Under the pieces are notes generated by a model. The model had not been told where the DNA came from. It saw only the letters and a list, made by a program, of their open reading frames with translations, and searched no databases. 64,000 nt of DNA. Origin: Paramecium tetraurelia. Taxonomy: Eukaryota. Below are positions 52,018 through 64,000 of the stretch, piece after piece (position 1 is the first letter of the stretch; each line of letters opens with the position of its first letter). A program made the position numbers and the translations under genes. The stretch spans positions 310,001 through 374,000 of the forward strand of contig CT868485.1 in NCBI GenBank assembly GCA_000165425.1, read 5' to 3'.

Positions 52018-52911
52018 TCATTGCACATTTTCCTCTGAAATAATTCCAATAGTTTCTTCGATAGGGATTGAGGCTTTGTTCAAAATCACATAGTTTGCTT
52101 TCTTCAACATCCTTATGGATATCAAAATTAAGAGTATGAGCATTACTATAAATAGATAAAAAAAGATTTATTCGTCTAATTTTATGGTGGTGTTTTTTTC
52201 AACCACAGAATATATATTGCAATATTCAGGTGGATCGTTATGCAACTTCTAACATAGTTAAACAATCATATCATTAAATGGTTAATATGTAATGTCCTTA
52301 TTATCTAGAAATACATTGAGGAAACTCTAATTATATTATTTATTCATTTCTTTGGACAATATGTAATTTTCAAGCAATGCTTTGTCACCCACTCCTTTGA
52401 AGCTAGCATTAATGCATTCATCAAGTTCTGTAATATTGTAATTAATGATGTTCTTCAAAATATTCTCAGAGCAAAATGTGTAATGTGGATTCTCTAAACA
52501 ATCTTACGAAAATAGATTGATGTAACTTAAGTATATGTATATATTGGTTGTATATAAGCAATTCTACCTAATAATTTCTGTAAGCAGCAATTGACCATTG
52601 GCAAAAGGGGAGAATTCTAGATTTGAAGACATAATTGCTTACAACAATATCTACCTCCTCCAAAGCAATTTGGTTCAGGCTAAGTATAATTATGTCTTTG
52701 TTAGCAAGTGTAACATGGCAAGATGTGATTTACAATGTTTAGGATTACTTAATTGATGTATAAATGTATTACATCCTTTTTCTTCAAATTATTCATAATG
52801 TTATTCTAGTCTTCCCAAGTAGGCTAACGATTCCTTGTTAGTGATATCGATTCCAATAGTCAGATTGAGTGAAGCCAAGCAATTTCCTATAAATAATGAT
52901 AAGAATAACAT
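52018..52911 (-). CDS. Vacuolar sorting receptor (VSR/BP-80)-like type I membrane protein
   Basis: Signal peptide MLFLSLFIGNCLA; CFGGGRYC, GQLLLTEIIRQNC, CSENIL, LDECINASF; TM IFFYLFIVMLILLILISI; two introns. Confidence 0.68.
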
Positions 52912-52939
52912 AAAAATGAATACTAAAATTAATACATAT

Positions 52940-53536
52940 TCATTAATTGTTAAATTGTTGTCCCAAAGCAAAAAACCATAGAAGCCCAGCAATTTCATAG
53001 TTTTTCTCTTTAGCTAATTATAATATTTCGTCAGTCATAGTCTTGCCCATACTCACTTTGTAAACAATAATATTCTCGTCTGATTCCAAATGTTATTTAG
53101 GATTGATGTTAACTTCTGAATCCCCATCAACATCCACAATAACGCAGAGTCCATGCTCTGTAGACTTCCAAGGGTCGTTTCTAATACGCACTCCATTGTA
53201 TTGATATTATCCGATTTATGCAGTGTATCCTGTTTCCTCCTTGATTTCTCTTAGACCATTCTCTTAGATGCTGCCTTCAGGGTCTACGATGCCTGCTGGG
53301 AATTCTAGACAGAACTTTCTAATTGGAGGTCTGAAATTGGCTATAACAATCACTTAAGATGGTTTATCTTTGTATTTGATAATGGGTATGATGTCAACGC
53401 CTCCTCTATTTCCTGGAGGTCTTTCGACATACTCCCAAACTTTTTAGTGTCCATTCACTTGGAAATGAAGGAGTTTGAAATGCAGCCACTTACCTTCATA
53501 GATTAGTTATTCATCAACCTTAGTATTGGAATCCAT
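52940..53536 (-). CDS. NUDT5: Nudix ADP-ribose/ADP-sugar pyrophosphatase (NUDT5/Ysa1-like)
   Basis: EGKWL, WEYVER, FRPP, LEFPAGIVD...REIKEETGY; intronless 199 codons. Confidence 0.88.
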
Positions 53537-53617
53537 AGTTATAAAAATATTACGTATTATGTATAGAAAATAAATGTAGTGATGCAGCAAATCCAGAAAT
53601 AAATTAAATATCCAAAT

Positions 53618-54751
<1,134 letters not shown>

Positions 54752-54782
54752 TATATTATTCAAATTATTAGTAAAATAAACA

Positions 54783-55513
54783 TCATTTAACTTTCAAGAT
54801 TTATTTTTAAATAGATATAGTATAAAGTATATCAAGATATTTGATCATTAATTAGAATAAATGGAATTCCTTGTCATCTGCTTTTTTCTACCTGATTCTG
54901 CAAAGGGATCTTTAGAGAAGTTTGAAGCTTTTTGTTTCTAAAAAAACGATTGAAACTTTTAAAATGTTAATCATCTTCAATCTTATATGGCTAAGAATAG
55001 TCATTGTCATCCTCAAAGACTATCTACTTTTTTGGAAAGTATTTCTTGAATAATTATTTACTCGATGATGCATGATTTATTGCAGCTTTAATGACTTCCT
55101 CATTCTAAATTGGCTATCTATAACCTGGGAATCCTCTTATGTATTATACTCTTATACCCATATCTAGCTTTGTATAATTGTAGGAACTGTCCAACTGAGG
55201 GTTTTCTCTCTTCTATCACCAGTTTCTTCAATCTAAGATCTTGATTGTTATCCCAGATTTCAAACTCTTCATCCGCACTCACCTAACTTTCAGTAACAGA
55301 AACAAGTGACTGTCTGCAATTAATACTACTCTATTTTTGTAAGGCTTGTCTCGGTTAAATTTAGATGACACTTTTTTAAAATTAGCCCATCTATTTTACA
55401 ACTCTATTTGTTAAAGATCTGCAAGTCAAACTCATCTACAAAGATCTGTATTGATTTGAATTTTATTAGTTTGTTTTTATCGATTTGATACGAAAGTTTT
55501 ATGAACTTTTCAT
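54783..55513 (-). CDS. Hypothetical protein (start or frame near 55390 uncertain)
   Basis: Natural-looking frames joined by the 22-nt intron gtataagagtataatacataag. Linking ATG 55513 requires a +1 shift or an internal start. Confidence 0.5.
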
Positions 55514-55550
55514 TAATTTATATAATAAATATTAGCATCTATAAAAGTTC

Positions 55551-55814
55551 TCACAACTGCATCCTGTATAATTGTATCCTCAATCTCTCCATGTATGCTG
55601 CATCTAACTTTTTCTCATATTGTTCCAGCAGCTTTATTTCCTTATCAAATGATTGTATTTCTTTCAATGGACCTCGCTCACATAATCGCTGTCTGATTGG
55701 CTCTCGAGATATTTGTCCCAAAAAGGAATTGCTTCTAGGATATCTGCAAACTCCCTCCGTCTTTAGCCTATACGAAGACCTATTATCTTTATTCTTCTTT
55801 ATACTGGGTAACAT
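55551..55814 (-). CDS. Small hypothetical protein
   Basis: 87-aa ATG-TGA ORF with no internal TAA/TAG; coding-like composition. Confidence 0.45.
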   Translation of the reverse strand: MLPSIKKNKDNRSSYRLKTEGVCRYPRSNSFLGQISREPIRQRLCERGPLKEIQSFDKEIKLLEQYEKKLDAAYMERLRIQLYRMQL

Positions 55815-56385
55815 TTGCTGTTAATTAATTATCTTTATTATATATGGGCAAACTCAAACACACACCAAAAAACTTCTTTACCTATGATTTACATTCTATT
55901 CATTAAAACAGATAAACTATCACTCAGAATCCATAGAATTTGGGATCTTTCATAAATATTCGAATTTTCCAAACATCTATGATTTCATTTTAGCCTAATT
56001 TTCTCTGTGTTACTTCAAGTTCCTATTAGTAGATTAATCATATCATTATTCCCCTTATATCTTCCAAACCATATTCATTTAATCTTTTTTCTAACAAAAA
56101 ATTATATTCGCATAAAATAAGAATTTCACTATTCTTTCTAATCAGATAACTCAAAATTTTAATATCACACAGCTATAGAAATTATTCTAAAATTCAACCT
56201 TTTAGATGCACTTCACAACATCACTAACCTCTAATTACGTACTTATCTTTATATTTGAATTTGTTGATATATAACAAAATAAAAAAACAAAAAATCTTTT
56301 GGAAATTAAGATGTGAAATATCTGAAATGGGTTTTTATACAATAAATAAAGAGGAATCTTAAAAAAGCAATAAAATATAAGAAAA

Positions 56386-56685
56386 TCAAATTTAATATTT
56401 ATCAGGATAGAATTTCTAGACTACGTCCCTAATTAATTTAGGTTCAAATTGTATTGGAATCTATGCCTTAGGTGTTTGGGGTGTTTGATTATCTAGATTT
56501 GATTCAGAATCCAACCTTGATTGGGGTTTCTTTTAATTAGTTAGCCACCTTTCATAGTACTCATTTTTTTTGTTTCCTTTTTATATTTGAATGATTGTAT
56601 TTGTATCTACTGATGTATTTCTCTTTCGACTTTATATTGCCTTCTTATGAAACCTGTTATTCATTATACCCAATGTGTTGTTCAT
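56386..56685 (-). CDS. Small hypothetical protein
   Basis: 100-codon code-6 ORF (MNNTLGIMNNRFHKK...KFYPDKYQI); in-frame upstream ATG at 56781 possible. Confidence 0.4.
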
Positions 56686-56905
56686 AGCAATTGATTATTA
56701 TTTTTATTAAACCAAGTATTTTACTAAGTACGAATCTTTCAAAATTTTTAGACAATAGACAATAGAGATTCTTGAAAACATGTATTAAATATTATAAAAT
56801 TTTGAAACCGAATAGTGCAATATTGATGTATTTTAGAAAACACATTTATTTTAAATTAGTTATTATATTTAAAAATAACATAAAAAATCCATTTGATTCA
56901 TTATT

Positions 56906-58730
56906 TCATAGTATAAAGACAAAGTCTCCATCAAAGAATATCTGTTCAGATTCTAAGTTATTTTCCTTTTAATGATTCACTGCCTCTGCTTAAGGATTTA
57001 TCAAGTCTTCCTTTTAAATTGATTCGGTTATTGATTTTATGACTTTTTAATCTTAAATCTATTGGGAATCTTGTTTCTATTGATTCTCTAATTTCACGGA
57101 TTATTCACTCTATAGAATTAGATTATGTCTTTAAACACTTTTTAAATCAAAATTTTTGTCAGACACTGAATTTTAACTTTCAACATTGCTCCCCTGAAAG
57201 TTAATGGCAGTTTTCATTTGAGATACAAATTATAATAAATTTTAAGCTTCCTGGACTCTAGAAGACTATTTATTTTGGCATAATTGTTATTGAATGAGAT
57301 TCGTACCAAATTTGCCTTATTTAGAGCACAAGCTCTAGAAATTATTCTAAAATTTAAGTGAACAATCATACTTTCGTTATAGAGAATTAACTACTATTAT
57401 TTTAAACAGTGAACTCTTTTAATGTATTTGATTGAATACTTAAAACACATTCTTTTATATGAAATTAAGTTTCATCATCCTCCTTTTTTATCATTTTAAC
57501 AAATTAAAATGGTTTAGGAGTCTTTACATTATTATTGTGTTCAAAATTTTATATTAATGACATAATTTGTTATTGTGGTTTTTTTTACATTTCCTTCTAA
57601 GATGTTTATTTAAGAACCTATTTGAATTTGTTTTATGAATTTTCCACAAATATTTAATTTTTAAGAAGTTAACTTGCAGAAGGTCTTTCTTAAGGATTAA
57701 ATGAAAATATTTGTTGTAAGATAAGTAAAAAGCTTCTTTAGATATTTTCCTTTTCATTAAAGAATAGTTCTAAAATAAATATGAGTACAATTGATACAAT
57801 TTTGAGAATATTTCCTTTTTATTTCCTGAATCGAGAGGACTCTTTCATCTGTTTGCCACGGCTATCTTTTTGTAATGAGTTCGTAAACAATGCATCCTGC
57901 ACTCCAAATATCCGATGCCTCAGAATAGTCAGCATATTCAAAAGCTTCAGGAGCACTGTAGTTAGATAAAGAATATTAACTCTGGATCAAGATATCAGAT
58001 ATCAAGATTGTTCCTTCGGGATCCACCAAGACATTTGAGGTCTTTAGATTTCTAATAGAATAAAAATGGATTAAGTACCTATGCAATTTATTCTAAGAAT
58101 GTAAATAATCGAGGGCTTTTAATATTGATTGGAATATTGTTAAAACAAGTTCTTATGAAAATTTACAGTATTTAGAAATTATAGATTGTAAAGAGCCATT
58201 GGACTAAAAATTGGAAAAGACATTGAGGTAATAATTTTTCTTATTATTGCTATTTTCAAAATTCCAACTGATAATGGGTTCTAAGTTTTAATGTCTCAGA
58301 TTGGCGAGCTATTGCAAGTTGTATTTAATAATCTTGAAATTCTCTTTATTGTTAAGGGCTATCTTTTTAATTGCAAGTAATTAAGTTCTATTTAGAAGAT
58401 AACCCGAATACATCGATTTGTTTTCGACTAATTTATCACCTATAACATATTCTTCTTTCTTTTTAGACTACTCTCTAAATAGGCTTTTACTTCAAACTAT
58501 TATTCATCATTCTCACTATCCTCATTAGAGTCTTGTTCCTCTTCCTCATCATCGTCATCATCATCATCGTCATCATCTTAAGAAATCATTCTTTTTTTCA
58601 GTGCTTGAGATCTCAAGGCAACACTTGAATTAATTAAAGTTTGCTATTCTGGTACATGTTCTTGATTGTTTTGAGAGCTTTGATGATTCTGATTGTTAAG
58701 TTAGTTTTGATTGCTTTGTCCACTTCCCAT
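56906..58730 (-). CDS. Acylated protein-kinase-fold pseudokinase (STE/MAP3K-like)
   Basis: MGSGQS, poly-D/E tract, LAIKK, YLHSQNKLHRNLKTSNV, ISDIL, YSAPE, DIWSAGC, ERPSA; four tiny introns. Confidence 0.82.
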
Positions 58731-58781
58731 TAAGGTATTAATATTTAATAATTAAATTATCTATCTTTGCAAAGTAATATT

Positions 58782-59243
58782 CATAATTTTTATTCATCAA
58801 TTTTTATTCGTTAAAACCAAAAGATTGTAAAATTACTTATCGTCCTCAACTATCGTGATGGTGCTCATTTGAATAATTTTGTTATACTATAAAATGGGTC
58901 TAGTATACTGGCTCCAGTAGTTTTTGATCCTGCTTACTGGTATTGATTATGATTAATTAATAGTAAAGAAGAGTGCACAATATTGATACATATTTTCATG
59001 CTTAAATTGCTAATTCTTAAAGATACTAAAGGCAAATTTGATTTAGAACAATGTTTATTTTATTAAAATTTAGAAAGAATAGGTTTAGGATTATTAGCCA
59101 TCGGAGCAGCGGATACTATTTAGCTATTCATATAGAAATTGGATTTTGAGAAGTACTTAAAATACTTTTAAGAGATTGAATAGGAGTAAAATTAAAGTGG
59201 ATTAGAGTCTTTATGTTAGTAAAGAAGAAATAAAATATCGTGA
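58782..59243 (+). pseudogene. 5'-truncated atypical kinase (PI4K type II / HipA superfamily)-like fragment
   Basis: LNYRDGAHLNNFVILQNGSSILAPVVFDPAY, then 24-nt intron 58940-58963, then FIQKLDFEK. No in-frame ATG before the neighbouring gene. Confidence 0.4.
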
Positions 59244-59312
59244 CTCAAGATATTGTTTCTTGAAGGCGATGATAATTTATTTATTTAATTCATGATTAAG
59301 ATGTAAATGATT

Positions 59313-62300
59313 TCAACCAAATCCGTATCCTTCAAATCCAATAGTAAATGCTATGTCTAATTTCTATTTGAGTTCAGCAAAGCTTTTGTAAAGAGGCACT
59401 TCTATGGACTTGAAACAAGTATGACTAAGCGGCAACTTTCGATCTGACAGTCCTGACTCAAATCTGACACTAATCACATAAGAACTTTGATCAAATGGAA
59501 TAGAAGATGAACCTAGACTATTATCAGATTGATTACCTGTTATGAATTTCAACATATTCTTCAGTGTCTCTGGAGAAGCCTAACTCACATAGGTCTCAAA
59601 GTATGATTTATGTTATGGTTTTCCTCCACTAAAAGTGAATTTCTGAAGTAGAATTTCAGATTTGATTTCTAACAAACCTTAAGTCAAGAGAGACATTTCT
59701 CCAGGCATCAACCACTTTTAGCAAACCTAAATTTTATTCACAATATTATACTGATATGTCTAAAACAGATTAAAATCCTTCAATAAAAGATTTATAGATT
59801 TTGTCAAACTGTTTATGGATGACATACTCTGCAGTCTTATTAAGATACAAGTCTAAATTTTTCTTAGTAACATTTGTCTAAGATCCTTTGACAATCAATT
59901 CTGATTCAGTGTTGCCTGAAGAGTATGTGAACACAAGACAAACAGACTCTAGATCTTCCTCACTCATTGTTTTCAATTTCTCATAATTATTATAGGTATC
60001 CTTATCCCAAATGAGACTGAGGTCTGTAAACACAATTCTTTCATCAAATACAACCTTCCAGAAGGGGGCTATGATATCAATTCCTATGAGATAAGAATTG
60101 CATATTGCATTAGCAATTAACTTATTTAGTAGAAATAATTACTTTTCCAAATAGCAATGCATATCGTTCCTTATTCTTTTGTTTATTAAATTTTGGATGC
60201 AAAAAGTATTTGCTTTGATTAGAAGAAACAGGAGAGAAAAATTTATAGTTTTCATCCTTGAGTGTATTTCCAATCATATCATAAAACTCTCTCTTTAAAC
60301 CACCCGCATCGATACCTGGTTCATTATTGAATTTGATGCTAAATTGATAGTTGAGCTTCTTTTCAGCCAATTCTAAAAGATCTTCCAAGAAATTAACTCG
60401 ACTGATATTCAGGTTATAACTAGTTGGTTTCCAAACTTAATTAATGGCTTGTTGGAAGCGTTACCTTCTTTTATCCAATCCTAAACCAGAAAGTTTCCAT
60501 ATTTAACCTAAGAATAATTAATGGATACATTACTTTTCTTTAATTAATTATTTATGTAAAATTCAACTGCCGATGTATCTTCTAAGACTAAAACTTCGAT
60601 AGGATCAAATGTAAGATAAGCATTCAAACTACCAACTTTTGTTAGATTATTGAAAGTCAAATTTAATTTTGATTGATTGCCTGATACTTATTTAACATTG
60701 CAATTAGATTCAGAGAATATTTGATTTTCTGTGTCTCCATAGCAATTTTCAAATTTATCCTTCAAATAAAATGAGATTAATATTTTCTCACAGAATGGTA
60801 TCACTTCCAAATTATCTTATATTTCTATAGTTGATTTTTCTAAATTTGGCACATTTGCTAGAACAACAAAGCGACCTTCAATTTTCACGTTGTCTATGAG
60901 CAAATGATAAATTCCTTTGAAAGTAGGAGTCCAGATCAAATTCAATCCTTCCTCTGCTCTTTCCTTCTCTGGCACATATTGTATTTGATAGAATATCGAA
61001 TGAACAAAGCTAACCTTCTCACAAGTAAATTATTCAACTACATTGCAATTCGAATCTCTAAACTCGATATAATCCTTCCTCAATACTCCTGCCCTTGTAG
61101 CTGCAGCTATATCTTAATTACTAATCATGTTTATTGTGTTGCCACTTTACAATTCCGAAGAATGAGTTGTAGATTCCGTTGACTAATAAATTTCCTTCTT
61201 ATTGTTCTTTGCCTCCTTCGATAGAATTTTCATCAACTATCTATTACCTTTGCCATAGGTTGTATGATCGTCTTTTTCAAGTTTTACTTTTATAGTTTTT
61301 TAGCCATGTGTTACTGAAACGTGTAATGTCTTTTCTAAATCTTAAACAGTCTAAATCTAGTATTGAAAATTTAATTGTCGTGAAAATTAATAATTTAATT
61401 AAGACAAAGTAATTGAGGAAGTTGAATAAATACTAATTTTCAATCGAGACTCACTTTTAATTGTTACAAGCATGACATTATTACTCAAAAATAAGCAATT
61501 TGTAATTAATTATTCCTCTTCTGAAGTTTAAAATATCAGTTGACTAAGAGTGTATTTTTTTTGCTTCGTTTGTCTTAAACCTACTCTTACCTTCAATTTC
61601 TATAATTATTGATCTAAGGAAATCTAAGAGTTAATTGGATGCAACAAAAAGTGAACCTCATCTCCTACTTAATATTTGTTTTATTTTTGATTATTATATT
61701 TGGTAAGCGTGGGATGTTGGAAACTTTTGAAGTAGAATAAATTGTTATAAAAACCATTTACTTTTGGTATTAATATTAATTCTTTAAATTCTAATGGATT
61801 TGCTTTATCTTAATTGTGAATTGTCATATTCATATCAATTATTGATAGCAATTCTACCTAATCGGTTTAGTTCAAGCCTGAAAATATTGTTTTCGGAATC
61901 AAATCTACTTGCTTTTCAAGTATTTGTGATCCAGAAAAAGTGAGGTTCTATTCTACCTTATTTATTTAATTGATTTATTTTCTATTTAAATAATCCAATA
62001 TGAAATTTGAAAAACTAAAATCAAAGTATTTGCAATAATTAATGATTATCATGTCATCTGTAAATTAATAGAATGAATATTTATTATTAGTTGTTATTTC
62101 ATCAGTATGCTATATATTTATCGCTTTGATTTAATTTTCTTTATCAATAATACATACAAGTTTATGAAAGTATTAGGCAATCAACACGATATCTACAAAT
62201 ACTTTTATAAACTCTAAATCAGGTAATCTCTTAAAGTTGATTTGGATTTGATTATCATTGGTAATTTATGACTCGAAATGATGATCTCTATAGTTTATGA

Positions 62301-64000
62301 TCAGATTATAAAAGAAATTTGAAACTTCATCTATTTCTGGATAAATGATTTTTGTTTCCCCCAAAAGAGAGTACACTTAGAGTGTTTGATCTTTAAGTTT
62401 AATTAGGGCTTCTCCTTCATGCTTGAATGGAGCAAAAATAATCTCAATTTTTGTAATCAAATTCTAAATAATTCTAATTTTAATCGATGAGATTGATTAA
62501 ACTTCAAAGAACATTTATAATGAACTATTGATAGAACTTTGGTTTTTATTTGATAAAAACTGTTCATAACCCTTAATGAAACTGATTATGCCTGAATTTT
62601 CAGCTATTATTCTGTCTGCTGCTCTATATACTTAATTATCGAGTTCATCATCAAATATAAGAAATACTTCCCTAAATTCCTCATGTTATTTTACAAAATT
62701 ATTAAGTTCCCCTTATAATTTGTAACCCTTAATATTTGACTCAAAATAACACGCAGTATTTATCGGTTAGGTTGGTATGGGATCTACTACAAAAGTATCT
62801 TCATTGATTCTGATAAAAACAGTGTTTGGTTGTATCACTGATTGCTATCTTTTTAAAGAATTAATTGAGATAAAATCGAAGTTGATTTAATCTACAAAAG
62901 TAGGTGTCATTTATGATACTGTAATGTCACTGTAGGATGATGCTAAGCCCACTCCAAATAAATTATCTATTTTTTCCTATTTAACATTCTCATCTACTTC
63001 ATTCTATATTTCGATCATATGTTTTATGAAGTTTTTCTCATTACAAATGAATAAGTCTTTCTCCATATCAGTGATAAATAAGTTAAGAATGCTATTATTA
63101 AATAAGGGATCACTAGGCCAGTTAGATTAAAATAATACTATGGCCTGAAGATCCTCTAAACTAATGGACAATACACTTTAGTTATTCATTCCTATTTAGT
63201 AAGCTTATTACAATCTTACAATCTCCTCTTAACCTTTTGGTAGATTGTCAGTCAAAATATGAAATATCAAACTCCCTGGTTTTGTTTTGCATACCAATTA
63301 TCCAAAGATTAAATTTAATTTAGAATTCTCAGAATAAAATACTGCACAAATATCACCTAATTTACAATTACTAACGTAAAATGAAGTAGTCAACTAAAAA
63401 CCAAATTGCAAATCTATGTTTGAGTTTTTTGTTGAGCAAATTTATTTATTTAAGTTGCACACCTTTTCTATGACAAATCCTCCTTTAGATTTAAAAAGCT
63501 ATCTAGTATTTGAATTCAAAATTTCATTTAAATTCTTTTTATGTTTAATAGAATTCAAAAGACAATGCAATCTAATATAAAACATAGTATTGAATTTTTC
63601 GTTTATGAATGAATTTTCCAAATATCTATATAAATCCGTTGTGAAATAACAATAAAGTTTATTTAAAATATACCAAATGCTCTCAAATTCTTTTAATCTC
63701 GTTTCATTGTTTTTTATTGACATCACTCTCATAATCTCTCCTGAAAATATAAATTATAATTGTGAATGATCCACTGAAAATGTTACTGTTTTATTGATGA
63801 GTGAACTTATTTCATTCGAATAATTAAGCAAGCATCCATCAACTTATAATTTATTAAAAATAAATTAAACAAGTTGATCAGCGCTGAAAATCTAATTAAA
63901 AAAGTCATAAATGTTAAGGATATTATTGTAATACAATTAAATTCTAGTATCTGGAAGCATTATATTATTTTTTATCTGAGTTATTTATGAGGAGTTTGGT
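59313..64000 (-). CDS. Large HECT E3 ubiquitin ligase, 5'-partial
   Basis: FNNEPGIDAGGLKREF, LKFITG, LPLSHTCF (catalytic Cys), GFEGYGFG C-terminus; Ig/filamin-like segment upstream; frame open to the window edge. Confidence 0.92.

Noticed and set aside
52912..52998. ORF-track N-terminus MKLLGFYGFLLWD for the VSR-like gene
   Set aside because: Overlaps the 3' end of the Nudix gene in another frame; a better signal-peptide start lies at 52911.
55844..56380. Long TGA-free + frame starting MGKLKHTPKN
   Set aside because: Composition looks non-coding (F/I/L/N-rich), no motif, and its continuation would overlap a better minus-strand ORF.
58547..58577. TCA/TCG trinucleotide microsatellite
   Set aside because: Simply the poly-Asp tract of the pseudokinase.

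Overview
Gene-dense, AT-rich eukaryotic DNA from a ciliate, almost certainly Paramecium macronuclear-type sequence. TAA and TAG read as Gln, TGA is the only stop, introns are tiny GT..AG units of about 20-29 nt, and a trichocyst matrix protein T4 gene is present. The supplied standard-code ORF track is therefore largely fragmentary or spurious. Reading by hand with code 6 gives about 38 protein genes. Enzymes: cytosolic carboxypeptidase, acid lipase, AlkD-type glycosylase, Nudix ADP-ribose pyrophosphatase, MDH. Signalling: CAMK-group kinase, CK1, pseudokinase, hybrid histidine kinase, cyclin, PTP, EF-hand protein. Ubiquitin system: TRIM-like E3, USP, HECT E3. Membrane and trafficking: BI-1, OSCA/TMEM63 channel, ZnT transporter, CHMP1, VSR-like receptor, TMP T4. 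Others: TBL1-like, LRR, MORN, eIF4G and several hypotheticals. No tRNA, rRNA, CRISPR array, telomeric tract or transposon was recognised. The most interesting observations are: a Rap1/TERF2IP-like Myb+RCT protein; an intronless AlkD-family DNA glycosylase; a headless PI4KII/HipA-like kinase relic; extreme gene packing (divergent ATGs 11 bp apart); and several net +1 frame breaks, most simply explained by sequence error or gene decay, one of which fits a 28-bp TA-bounded IES. All calls come from manual translation and motif recall; no searches were run.
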